The notes under the pieces: model-generated | Databases searched by the model: none | The model's input: only the letters and a program-made list of their open reading frames with translations | Told to the model about the DNA's origin: nothing | Translations under genes and position numbers: made by a program | Shown: positions 18,206 to 26,431 of the stretch, piece after piece | How the letters are laid out: each line of letters begins with the position of its first letter | How positions within the stretch are numbered: the first letter of the stretch is position 1 | DNA from: Opitutales bacterium | GTDB taxonomy: Bacteria > Verrucomicrobiota > Verrucomicrobiia > Opitutales > PNEW01 | DNA length: 32,000 nt | Direction of reading: 5' to 3' | Assembly (NCBI GenBank): GCA_965219535.1 | Contig: CBDCNV010000002.1 | Location: forward strand, 150,001 to 182,000

Positions 18206-18868
18206 ATGAATTTTCTCATATTCATTATTATTCCAATAATAATTGGAATGTGGGCACAATCGAAAGTATCGAGTACCTATAAAAAGTATTCTCAAGTGCA
18301 ATCGCGAGGCCGTGTAACCGGTCGCGAGGCCGCCGACTACGTGATGCGAAGTGCTGGAGTTAATGATGTTAGTATCGTGGCTATTCGCGGGCATTTAACT
18401 GATCATTACGATCCCACTCATAAACGACTGGCACTGAGTGAAGAGAATTACAGGGGTACCAGTCTGGCAGCTTTGGGCGTTGCGGCACATGAGGCCGGTC
18501 ATGCTATACAACACAATGTAGGATACAAAGCGCTTAAATTGCGGATGGCTCTGATTCCAATAACTAACATTTCTTCACAATTACTGCCGTTCGTTATTAT
18601 TGGGGGATTATTCTTCGGCATTCTTGGTCTCATTAAACTGGGCATCATGGTGTATCTCGTATTGACCGTCTTTCAATTAGTTACACTGCCCGTAGAGTTT
18701 GACGCGAGCAAACGCGCTAAAGCCCAATTACCTGGTCTTGGTATTATTGATCAATCTGAAGTTCCCGGAGTAAGTAAAACTTTGGATGCTGCAGGTTTTA
18801 CCTATGTCGCTGCATTTATCGCGTCCCTGGGCAACCTTCTCTATCTTATCGCGCTATCTCGAAGATAA
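18206..18868 (+). CDS. YugP-type putative neutral zinc metallopeptidase (membrane-anchored)
   Basis: N-terminal TM helix, HEAGHAIQH zinc motif, two C-terminal TM helices and LPVEFDAS, all as in the Zn_peptidase_2 family. Confidence 0.85.
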   Translation: MNFLIFIIIPIIIGMWAQSKVSSTYKKYSQVQSRGRVTGREAADYVMRSAGVNDVSIVAIRGHLTDHYDPTHKRLALSEENYRGTSLAALGVAAHEAGHAIQHNVGYKALKLRMALIPITNISSQLLPFVIIGGLFFGILGLIKLGIMVYLVLTVFQLVTLPVEFDASKRAKAQLPGLGIIDQSEVPGVSKTLDAAGFTYVAAFIASLGNLLYLIALSRR

Positions 18869-18890
18869 AATCCAATTACGGATTGAAATG

Positions 18891-18915
18891 AAATGCGGGT
18901 GATTCGCATTTTGAA
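18891..18915 (+). terminator. Probable intrinsic terminator after the YugP-like gene
   Basis: aaatgcg (18891-18897) pairs with cgcattt (18905-18911) around a 7-nt loop, followed by a weak T-tract (ttga attt). Confidence 0.5.
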
Positions 18916-19385
18916 TTTAGATAAGACTATCTGGTTAATGAATTAAATCAGATGATGAACTCAAGTTTTCGCGTGATTAAATATTTAATGAAAGCGGTTT
19001 ATACTCCCATGGATTTATGCAAATTACAGTTTAATTTACCGCTTATGGTAAAAACATTTATAATATTACGTGAAAGGATTAATTAGCGCTTAGTTGTATA
19101 TAAATAATATAATTCTTATTCGTAATCAAGGTGTGAACATAAAATTTATATAAATTCTTTTTTTAAAATTAGACGCCGATGATTGCTACGATTATAAAGA
19201 TAAATGAAAAGCGGATAAATTTCATCATTTCCATGTGTTTATTTGTAGATTCATGAATGGAATAAACTTGTGTTTAGTATTAAAAATAATTTATATTTGT
19301 CTCCTTCGGCTTATTTTTCTCATACTCTAGTGAATTAATAAGAAATATCATTTAGATATACATATTATATTTAATCTTATTTTAC

Positions 19386-19415
19386 TTGAAAATACCCCAA
19401 AAAGTTCCCTATAAT
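19386..19415 (+). promoter_or_regulatory. Near-consensus sigma70-type promoter upstream of the truncated gene
   Basis: TTGAAA (19386-19391), an 18-nt spacer, then TATAAT (19410-19415), about 100 nt upstream of ATG 19513. The -10 is embedded in a 9-bp-arm inverted repeat cctataata/tattatagg (19408-19428). Confidence 0.4.
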
Positions 19416-19512
19416 AATCTATTATAGGAATATATAAAATTTGATTTCTGAATAATTTAGCAGAACACACAGTAAGTGTTTGCTAATTTTTTTTCGTCTC
19501 TAAGGAAATCCT

Positions 19513-19872
19513 ATGCTTACGAAAAAATCCAAAGGCCTCTTTTTTGAAGTCAGTGAATTTTCTGTGCTCGCGGCAATTACTTCGGGTTTAGATGCACCAT
19601 TCACTTTAGAAAGTATACAGGAAAGTCCCCATGATGATAATGCGGATAAAGTCCGGGATTTTGTTGCCGGCTTAAGCGATGATAAATCGCGTGGTTATAT
19701 CCATGCGCATTGCGGAATTTATCCCAAGAGTCGATTTGTTCGACGCACGACTCTTGACTCACCGAACAAAGCCAAGGAACCGAATTATTTTACCGATCTA
19801 TTAAATGATCAATTTCGTATTGATCCAAGCAAGTACCTGATCGGACCCCGTTTTTCGTACCAATTTAAGTGA
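19513..19872 (+). pseudogene. 5' fragment of an unknown gene (PilM/GspL-like by position only), truncated by the IS end at 19837/19838
   Basis: Native sequence ends ...IDPSKYLI. The last 9 codons and the stop (GPRFSYQFK*) are read from the IS terminal repeat. The N-terminus KKSKGLFFEVSEFSVLAAI loosely recalls the PilM lysine-rich start and first strand, but without the DIGS phosphate motif. Confidence 0.6.
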
Positions 19873-20003
19873 GAGAGTTACCAGGTGTTAATGGTTTTAG
19901 GATTGATGTATATGAGAGATTGATCGGACCCCGTTTTTCGTACCAATTTAAGTGAGAGAGTTACCGGGTGTTAATGGTTTTAGGATTGATGTATATGAGA
20001 GAT
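19838..20003. repeat. Tandem direct duplication (2 x 83 bp) of the IS terminus
   Basis: 19838-19920 and 19921-20003 are identical except A19883 vs G19966. Each copy starts TGATCGGACCCCG. Confidence 0.97.
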
Positions 20004-20913
20004 CTTGGCGAAGTGAGGGCGTAGCCCGAACGCGGCCAAGATCGGAAAGGAATCTGACAAACTCTTGTGGGCTTTTGAAGCCTAAACGACTGTGGGGATG
20101 TTCATGGTTATAGGTCTGACGCCATTGTTCGATTACCACTTGCGCTTCAGCCACGCTGAGCAACACTTCACGGTTCAAACACTCATCGCGTAAGCGGTTG
20201 TGAAACGACTCGATGAAACCGTTTTGCCAGGGACTGCCCGGATCGATATAGATCGCCTTTATGTTATTACCGGACAACCACTGCTGCACTTGATGAGCAA
20301 TGAACTCACTGCCGTTGTCACTACGGATATAGCTGGGAGGTCCCTCCTCTTCAATGGCCTCGCTAAGCACAGAGAGGACATCGGTTGAGGTGAGTTGACG
20401 AGCGACCCGGATATCCAGGCATTTACGCGTATATGTCTTCGCTTCGCTTGAGTGTCGTCGCTTTCAGCTCCTCGGTACATCGATCAGAGTCATCATCTTT
20501 AATGGACCGCCGTTGTCTGTACGATCATGGACAAAGTCCCAGGACCAAACGTGATTGCGACCCTTTGCTTTAGTAGGTGACCCCGTAGAGACTCCTTGAC
20601 GGTGTCTGCCCTTTTTCGGGGGCTTTACCTGCAGCCCTTCTGAACGTCGTACCGCCTGGACAAACTTCCTGCTTGTTGTCCAGCCTTCCTTTACCAGCAA
20701 GGCACGGATGCGCCGGTAACCGTAGCGGGGATGTTTCCAGGACAAGCTCACAATCCGCTCGACCAACCGCTGAGCTTTCTCACTGGCCTGTTTGGGCCGG
20801 TAACTGAACGTTGACCAACTCAGGCTGAGATAAGCACAAGCCCTCCGCAACGAGCACAACCCTTTCTCAGCCGCAGCTTTTACTACTCGTTTCTTCTGCT
20901 TTGGGCTCACCAT
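19948..20913 (-). pseudogene. IS3-family transposase orfB, interrupted by an in-frame TGA (20464-20466)
   Basis: ORFs 20464-20913 and 19948-20370 are in the same frame (the offset is a multiple of 3). Read-through gives ...TLIDVPRS*KRRHSSEAKTYTRKCLDIRVARQLTSTDVLSVLSEAIEEEGPPSYIRSDNG... Confidence 0.85.
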
Positions 20914-21128
20914 TTTTTTGACAGCGTTTCCTCCATTACCTGATTCTTGAGCATTTGATCTGCGAGCAGCTTCTTCAGCTCGGTATTTTCTTTTTCCAGC
21001 TCTTTAAATCGCTTCGCATCGGCAAGTTCTAAATTGCCATATTTTTTACGCCAGCGATAGAAAGTCTGTTCGCTCAGGTTGTTTCCACGGCAGATTTCCT
21101 GTACCGTTTTACCGGTATCGGCTTTGAA
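20907..21128 (-). pseudogene. IS3-family orfA (HTH/leucine-zipper protein), 5'-truncated
   Basis: FKADTGKTVQEICRGNNLSEQTFYRWRKKYGNLELADAKRFKELEKENTELKKLLADQMLKN matches the IS3/IS407-group OrfA pattern. The expected M-(K/R)-rich...FT.E start is missing. The ORF-track extension to 21218 is antisense secretin sequence. Confidence 0.8.
20913..20919 (-). other. Programmed -1 frameshift heptamer (A AAA AAA) at the orfA/orfB overlap
   Basis: Minus strand reads ctg tca aaa aaa tgg tga (LSKKW*). The -1 frame continues K K M V S P K Q K K into orfB. This is the classic IS3-family arrangement. Confidence 0.65.
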
Positions 21129-21821
21129 GTGAGTGGTTTTGACTATGAAGACATTGGGATCAACTTGACTGTAACCCCTCAGGTTAATAGTGCGGGATTC
21201 ATTACTCTCGATATCCAACCGGAAGTAAGTAGCCTCTTAGGCACGGTTAGTTTTGGCGGAGCAGGTGGTGCGGAAATCCCAAGAATTGCATCTCGCCGGA
21301 CAGAGAGTGTAATCACGATTAAGGACGGGTTTACCCTGGCAATTGGTGGGTTAATCGAGAAAGAAGTTCGCAATAATTCTAATAAAGTACCTGTCTTTGG
21401 CGATGTGCCCATTTTGGGGAGACTTTTCCGCAGTAGAACAGATATTACGGATACGAGTAACTTGATCATATTCATCACTGCGAAAACGCTGAATCCTGAT
21501 GGTAGTACCTATGAGGATATCTTTAGTCCTCGCGCACTCCGTGATTTGAACATAACACCAAGTGATGTCCCGGGTTATGAAATTCCCGATTCAGAGCTTC
21601 AATTGCATGCGCAGGTCCGTGAAGCCACAGAAGTCGCGAATCGGATTAAAAGAGAAGCCGACCTACAAAAGCATCTTAATAAATTAACGCCGAGTGTGAA
21701 ATCCTCTAAAAAACGCGATCGTGAAGAGGATGAAACGGGAACCCTTTCTCCACCCGAAGATAAAAAGGAGAAAAAGTTTTTCTTATTCGGTAAAAAGGGT
21801 GATCAACAAGGGGGCGGATAA
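21129..21821 (+). pseudogene. 3' fragment of a secretin gene (PilQ/GspD family C-terminal domain)
   Basis: FDYEDIGINLTVTPQVNSAGFITLDIQPEVSSL...RRTESVITIKDGFTLAIGGLI...VPVFGDVPILGRLFRS...NLIIFITAKTLNP is the conserved secretin core's C-terminal half. Only ~230 codons are present, and the N-domains and first part of the secretin domain are absent. The apparent GTG 'start' lies at the IS junction. Confidence 0.8.
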
Positions 21822-21878
21822 ATATCTGCTTAAGTGGGGATTTTAAATCACCACCACCAGTTCAATTTAACAGAGCTG

Positions 21879-21907
21879 TGCCTAACCTCAAGCAAAGGGG
21901 TTAGGCA
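21879..21907. terminator. Hairpin between convergent genes (possible bidirectional terminator)
   Basis: tgcctaacc (21879-21887) pairs with ggttaggca (21899-21907) around an 11-nt loop. Only weak T-runs flank it. Confidence 0.45.
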
Positions 21908-21928
21908 TTGCTTGTTAAGAAGAGGGCT

Positions 21929-22510
21929 TTAATCTACAGCTGATTCTTTTTTCAGCTTTTCAATTTCGGGTACAATGACCTGCTCGTAATAATCGGGGTG
22001 AATGCCGTGTGATAATTTAATTCCCAGATACTTCTCGATAAATTCTTCTATATTTTGCCAGCTTTCCTCTTCCATTTTTATCTTCTTCGTGTAGGCACAC
22101 ATGGTGACTATATTTTCCAATGACTTTATACGTGAGGTGTCTTTGAGGATACGTTTTGCTACACGCAGGCGAATAGCCAATTGCTGGCGATCAAGCGGTT
22201 TGCTTAAAAAATCATCCACGCCACTCTCCATTGCTTCAAAGTAATTTTTTTCTTCACCCACATTTGCCGTGAGTAAAATAAAGTAAGTATAGTCAGTATC
22301 GGGGCGCTGCCTTATTTTTTTACATAATTCTAATCCATTGACCGAAGGCATAAGCCAGTCACTCACGACAATTCGGTAGGGAACGCGGTCGAAAATATCC
22401 CAAGCCTCCTGACCATCGGTAGAAGCTGTTACCAGGTAACCCATTTGCTCAAGGTTTGTCTGGAGTAGCTTGCGCGATATTAAGTCGTCTTCAGCAATAA
22501 GTATGTTCAT
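21929..22510 (-). CDS. Single-domain response regulator (REC) with a short non-DNA-binding C-terminal tail
   Basis: REC motifs ILIAEDD, VVSDWLMP (phospho-Asp51), LLTA, FLSKP. 193 aa. The tail MCAYTKKIK...SHGIHPDYY is discussed in findings. Confidence 0.85.
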   Translation of the reverse strand: MNILIAEDDLISRKLLQTNLEQMGYLVTASTDGQEAWDIFDRVPYRIVVSDWLMPSVNGLELCKKIRQRPDTDYTYFILLTANVGEEKNYFEAMESGVDDFLSKPLDRQQLAIRLRVAKRILKDTSRIKSLENIVTMCAYTKKIKMEEESWQNIEEFIEKYLGIKLSHGIHPDYYEQVIVPEIEKLKKESAVD

Positions 22511-22659
22511 CGATCGAATAAGTTTAGATTTATAAAAAGATTGCGTTATTTATAAGGTGTGGGATTTACAATATTATACGATGATCATTGTGAGGGGAGA
22601 AAATTAGTAAATAATTAATTTATAACAATAAACGAGGTGTTCTGTGGTCCAATAATGAT

Positions 22660-23184
22660 TCAGCTCTTAGGCCGAAATACTTTGATCACGCTTTCATTGC
22701 ATTCCATGTAGGGGCCGCCAATTAAGTCAATACAATAAGGAATGGCTGGATATATCACCTCAAGACATTCGCCTATGGCCTTGGGTTTACCGGGAAGGTT
22801 TACAATTAAGCACTTCCCGCGAATTCCAGCAGTTTGTCGTGAGAGAATAGCTGTAGGGACATATTGAAGAGAGGTAGTTCGCATTAATTCGCCGAAACCC
22901 GGCATCATTTTTTCGGAGACCGATTCAGTAGCCTCAGGTGTGACATCGCGAAGCGCGGGGCCTGTCCCACCGGTGGTGATTATCAGACAGCAACCTTGAT
23001 CATCGGCGAACTCGATCATCTTCTTTTCAATCAAATGCTGTTCGTCTGGGATAATTGCGTATTCTTTTTCCCATTCTGATTTTAAGTACCCATTTAATAA
23101 GCTAAGCACTTCTTTACCTGGTAAATCCTCATATTCACCGGCGCTAGCACGATCAGAAATATTAATTACACCTATCTTAATCAT
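22660..23184 (-). CDS. mogA: Molybdopterin adenylyltransferase MogA
   Basis: Close by-eye alignment to E. coli MogA: ISDRAS.G.Y.D, IPDEQ, TTGGTGPA.RDVTP.AT, MPGFGE.MR..SL..VPTAILSRQ, LNLPG.PK, PYCI.L..GPY.E, FRPKS. Confidence 0.92.
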   Translation of the reverse strand: MIKIGVINISDRASAGEYEDLPGKEVLSLLNGYLKSEWEKEYAIIPDEQHLIEKKMIEFADDQGCCLIITTGGTGPALRDVTPEATESVSEKMMPGFGELMRTTSLQYVPTAILSRQTAGIRGKCLIVNLPGKPKAIGECLEVIYPAIPYCIDLIGGPYMECNESVIKVFRPKS

Positions 23185-23272
23185 CGGTTATTAACGCAAT
23201 TAGGTAGAATATTTAAGTCAAGACAACGTCTTAGAGCTTAAAATCTTGAAATCAGTATTTGATATTTTCAGT

Positions 23273-24307
23273 TTAAGAACTCCCGTCCTCATCAAAAAGA
23301 GCTTTTTGCTGAGGAGTATCTGATTCACTTAGATTTAGCTTTTCATCGTGCAAGTGACGTGGTGGATCGCTCACACGATCAGCGATGATCTGGGTTCGCT
23401 CTTTTGCAATCCGCTTACAAATCTGGATCACATGCATTTTGATCCATTTTGAAGTACTGCTTGAAATGCTGTAATCGGCAGGACCGTAGGCATGAATGCG
23501 ATTCACCTGAAGAAGGTGATCGTTTTGCGCAAACTCTTCTGGGTGATCGGGATTGTAAACAGCGTAGGTTTTTCCACCATTCTTTTTTACAACAGAAAAT
23601 ACCGGTACGTCGCTGGGGCCGTCTGCAATATAAATCATGTTATTAATCGGGATTCGCCGATCCTCATTGCGAATGACAGCGTTAACATCGATTTCTGAAT
23701 CTTTGTTTGAACCTTTATTTATTTCGAAAATAAATCGTGTCTTGATAGTATTATCCACCATCGTTCCAATTTGACTTATCTCTCGACTTGTTTCGAACGG
23801 TAACTCCTCTTGGTTTAGAAAACCGGGGGGTAGAGGGCTTTCCACGAACTCACAGCCGTAGATACCATCGACATGAGTGGCGATAGAACTTCCTCGAATA
23901 ATTTCAGCTAACCCGGTGCTGATAATGTAGTGTTCGAGAGTTATATCGTGAGTCCCAGTTTCATTATTATTACGAACAAGTTCTTTCAATTCATGGAAAA
24001 TCTCAGGTAAACCGGGGTAATATTGAAGTTCACTACCAAATTCTCTTAAAATGGCGTTATTCAGACCTTTCATCGTCCCCATACGTACATAACTTAGCAA
24101 GTGATTCAGATAAACGGTATCTTTGCTTACATTAATTCCTTTTTCTTTGTAAATTTGAGGCAGACGACTGACCTCTTTCCAGAAGGTTTTTTCATCGACT
24201 TTGTATCGCTCAAATAGTGGCGTTTGCATATAGCCTGGAATTAAAGTCTTGTCGAAATCCCAGATGCAGGCGACAATGTTTCGGCTATGAAGGTTGTTTT
24301 CAGCCAT
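23273..24307 (-). CDS. HAD-superfamily hydrolase-like protein
   Basis: Motif I IWDFDKTL, motif II ISTG, motif [11 protein letters not shown]. 344 aa with a large cap region and an acidic C-terminal tail. Substrate unknown. Confidence 0.6.
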   Translation of the reverse strand: MAENNLHSRNIVACIWDFDKTLIPGYMQTPLFERYKVDEKTFWKEVSRLPQIYKEKGINVSKDTVYLNHLLSYVRMGTMKGLNNAILREFGSELQYYPGLPEIFHELKELVRNNNETGTHDITLEHYIISTGLAEIIRGSSIATHVDGIYGCEFVESPLPPGFLNQEELPFETSREISQIGTMVDNTIKTRFIFEINKGSNKDSEIDVNAVIRNEDRRIPINNMIYIADGPSDVPVFSVVKKNGGKTYAVYNPDHPEEFAQNDHLLQVNRIHAYGPADYSISSSTSKWIKMHVIQICKRIAKERTQIIADRVSDPPRHLHDEKLNLSESDTPQQKALFDEDGSS

Positions 24308-24396
24308 CGCGATGGGAACACCTCTTTAATCTAAGCGAAGGTGTGTAAAATAAGCTACTTTTCGTTATAGTATCTATTACTGCTTTCATCAATTCC

Positions 24397-25488
24397 ATGA
24401 CATCCTTACCTGATATTAAACCATTTCGCAAGCGTTTCGAAGAAATCGATGCGCAGTTGGCGACACCTGACTTTTATCAGGACGCACGGCGGGCAGTGGA
24501 TGTGACACGCGAACATCAGCACCTGAGTAAATTACTTGCGCTTCGCAGTGAGTTAGAAAAAAAGAATCAACAGATTAAGGAAAATCAATCAATAGTCGAT
24601 GATCCCGAAAGTGATCTGGAGATTAAACAAATGGCAGAGGATGAAATTTCTGTGTTACGACAACAAGCGGAAGCTTTACATAATGACGTCCTCGTTTCTA
24701 TGCTTCCACCTGATAAAAGCGATTCTCGAAACACGATTATCGAAATCCGTGCTGGTGCCGGTGGAAACGAAGCCTCACTGTTTGCGGCCGATCTTTATCG
24801 AATGTATATTCGCTATGCCGAAAAACATGGTTGGAAAGTGGAGAAGCTAGGTACTAGCACCTCGGAAGCGGGCGGATTTAAAGAGGTAGTTTTCAACTTA
24901 CGCGGCGATGAAGTATATAAATACCTCAAGTTTGAAAGTGGTGTACACCGCGTTCAACGTATACCGGTAACCGAGACCAATGGGCGCATCCATACCTCTA
25001 CTTCCACCGTGGCAGTGCTTCCAGAAGCTGAAGAGGTCGATGTTCACCTAGACCCGGCGGACCTTGAATTTTCAGTTTGTCGGGCGAGTGGACCCGGGGG
25101 TCAAGGTGTTAATACAACCGATTCTGCAGTGCAGATCCTTCACAAACCCACCGGGTTAATCGTTAGTTGTGCAGATGAACGTTCGCAATTGAAGAATAAA
25201 CAAAAAGGGCTGAAAGTATTACGGGCCCGGCTATTGCATAAAAAAGAAGAAGAGGAAAGGGCGCGCTATGCCCAGGATCGGCGCAGTCAAATCGGAAGCG
25301 GAGACCGTAGTGAGCGTATTAGGACTTATAATTTCCCTCAAAGCCGTCTTACCGATCACCGCATTGGTCTTACTTTATATAACCTTTCCGATATTATGGA
25401 GGGCAATCTGGATGAAGTGATTCATGCTCTTCAAGAAACTGATCATAAACTGAAAATAGATGAATTGCTGTCTCCTGATAACAATTAA
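24397..25488 (+). CDS. prfA: Peptide chain release factor 1
   Basis: GGQ motif SGPGGQGVNTTDSAV, PxT-type tripeptide region QRIPVTETNGRIHTS, 363 aa, followed by prmC. Confidence 0.95.
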   Translation: MTSLPDIKPFRKRFEEIDAQLATPDFYQDARRAVDVTREHQHLSKLLALRSELEKKNQQIKENQSIVDDPESDLEIKQMAEDEISVLRQQAEALHNDVLVSMLPPDKSDSRNTIIEIRAGAGGNEASLFAADLYRMYIRYAEKHGWKVEKLGTSTSEAGGFKEVVFNLRGDEVYKYLKFESGVHRVQRIPVTETNGRIHTSTSTVAVLPEAEEVDVHLDPADLEFSVCRASGPGGQGVNTTDSAVQILHKPTGLIVSCADERSQLKNKQKGLKVLRARLLHKKEEEERARYAQDRRSQIGSGDRSERIRTYNFPQSRLTDHRIGLTLYNLSDIMEGNLDEVIHALQETDHKLKIDELLSPDNN

Positions 25489-25571
25489 AGATTGTATTTT
25501 AGGTCACAGCCAATTATCGCTTCATTTATCTTTGTCACCTATCGCTAGTCCGCGTTAGTTCCCTTACGGGT

Positions 25572-26411
25572 ATGATTACCCTTATCGATGCAATTCAAAA
25601 GACGACGGTATTCTTTTCAGCTAAAAGAATAGAGAATGCCCGCTTGAATGCGGAAATTATTATCGCGAAAGCACTAAATCTAAATCGGCTGGAACTCTAT
25701 CTGCAATTCGACCGGCCCCTGGACTCAGAGAATTTGGATCAGATCCGCGATCTCGCAAAGCGGAGAGGGAAACATGAACCGTGGCAGTACATATTTGGTG
25801 AAGTGGATTTCTTTGACCTCAAGTTGAAGGTCGACCGTCGCGCACTCATTCCGAGGCCAGAGACGGAGGAGCTCATTGATCTTATCGTTAAAGTTAAAGA
25901 ACGTACCCCTGATAAAATTGTGGATCTTGGCACTGGTAGCGGTGCTATAGCTTTAGCCTTGGCTATGCAATATCCTGAATCACGCGTGCTGGCAGTTGAC
26001 ACCAGTGATGATGCCTTGTCTCTTGCGCGGGATAATATAAAACGATTCGGGTTAAACAGTCGCGTTGTGACCCAAAAATCCGATTGGTTTAATAATATTG
26101 AAGGAAAATTTGATTTGATTGTGGCCAACCCGCCTTACCTCTCTGAGCTTGAATGGGGTAAATCCCAACCGGAAATTAATAAATATGAACCGCGAGAAGC
26201 GCTAGTGGCAGAGGACAATGGGTTGAATGCGCTGAAGCATATTCTATCTCATTCCTCAACCTATTTAAACACGGGTGGTCTGGTCGCGATGGAGACAGGC
26301 ATTGACCATCATCCAGCATTAAAAGAGATAGCTATCAATATGGAATTTAAACGTTGGGATTCACGGGTAGATTTTAGTCTCCGTAATCGTTATTTTCTTG
26401 CCTGGAAATGA
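25572..26411 (+). CDS. prmC: Release-factor glutamine N5-methyltransferase (PrmC/HemK)
   Basis: SAM motif VDLGTGSGAIALAL, catalytic NPPY (VANPPYLS), conserved PRPETE, and synteny with prfA. Confidence 0.9.
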   Translation: MITLIDAIQKTTVFFSAKRIENARLNAEIIIAKALNLNRLELYLQFDRPLDSENLDQIRDLAKRRGKHEPWQYIFGEVDFFDLKLKVDRRALIPRPETEELIDLIVKVKERTPDKIVDLGTGSGAIALALAMQYPESRVLAVDTSDDALSLARDNIKRFGLNSRVVTQKSDWFNNIEGKFDLIVANPPYLSELEWGKSQPEINKYEPREALVAEDNGLNALKHILSHSSTYLNTGGLVAMETGIDHHPALKEIAINMEFKRWDSRVDFSLRNRYFLAWK

Positions 26412-26431
26412 ATATCCTGGGATTTCGAAAA

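Larger units (their letters stand above)
19838..21131 (-). mobile_element. IS3-family insertion sequence remnant: transposase-distal end present and duplicated, transposase-proximal end deleted
   Basis: orfA/orfB organisation with an A7 slippery site. DDE-type orfB motifs (IRSDNGSEF, PGSPWQNGFIESFH, HPHSRLG). Terminus TGATCGGACCCC is typical of TGA...-type IS3 ends. No matching inverted repeat is found at the 21.1-kb side, where orfA is cut at about 21128. Confidence 0.85.

Noticed and set aside
19143-19156. 14-nt perfect palindrome aatttatataaatt in the AT-rich leader.
   Set aside because: It is pure A/T sequence in roughly 20% GC DNA, where such palindromes are expected by chance. There is no positional link to a promoter.
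20464-20466. In-frame TGA in orfB as possible selenocysteine or programmed read-through.
   Set aside because: It sits in a non-conserved inserted segment of an already end-truncated IS, and no SECIS-like hairpin is obvious downstream. Pseudogenisation is the simpler explanation.
21129-21218. N-terminal 30 codons of ORF-track entry 20907-21218 (MDIESNESRTINLRGYSQVDPNVFIVKTTH), which makes IS orfA look complete.
   Set aside because: That stretch is the reverse complement of conserved secretin coding sequence (FDYEDIGINLTVTPQVN) and has no similarity to IS3 OrfA N-termini. orfA is truncated, not intact.
21179-21478. 99-aa minus-strand ORF across the secretin fragment.
   Set aside because: It is antisense to clearly secretin-like coding sequence and has no motifs.
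23185-23272. Looked for a Moco riboswitch upstream of mogA.
   Set aside because: The region is short (88 nt), AT-rich, and shows no recognisable conserved helices.
24397-25488. Checked the release factor gene for a programmed +1 frameshift.
   Set aside because: The gene is prfA-type (followed by prmC, single uninterrupted frame). The known frameshift belongs to prfB.
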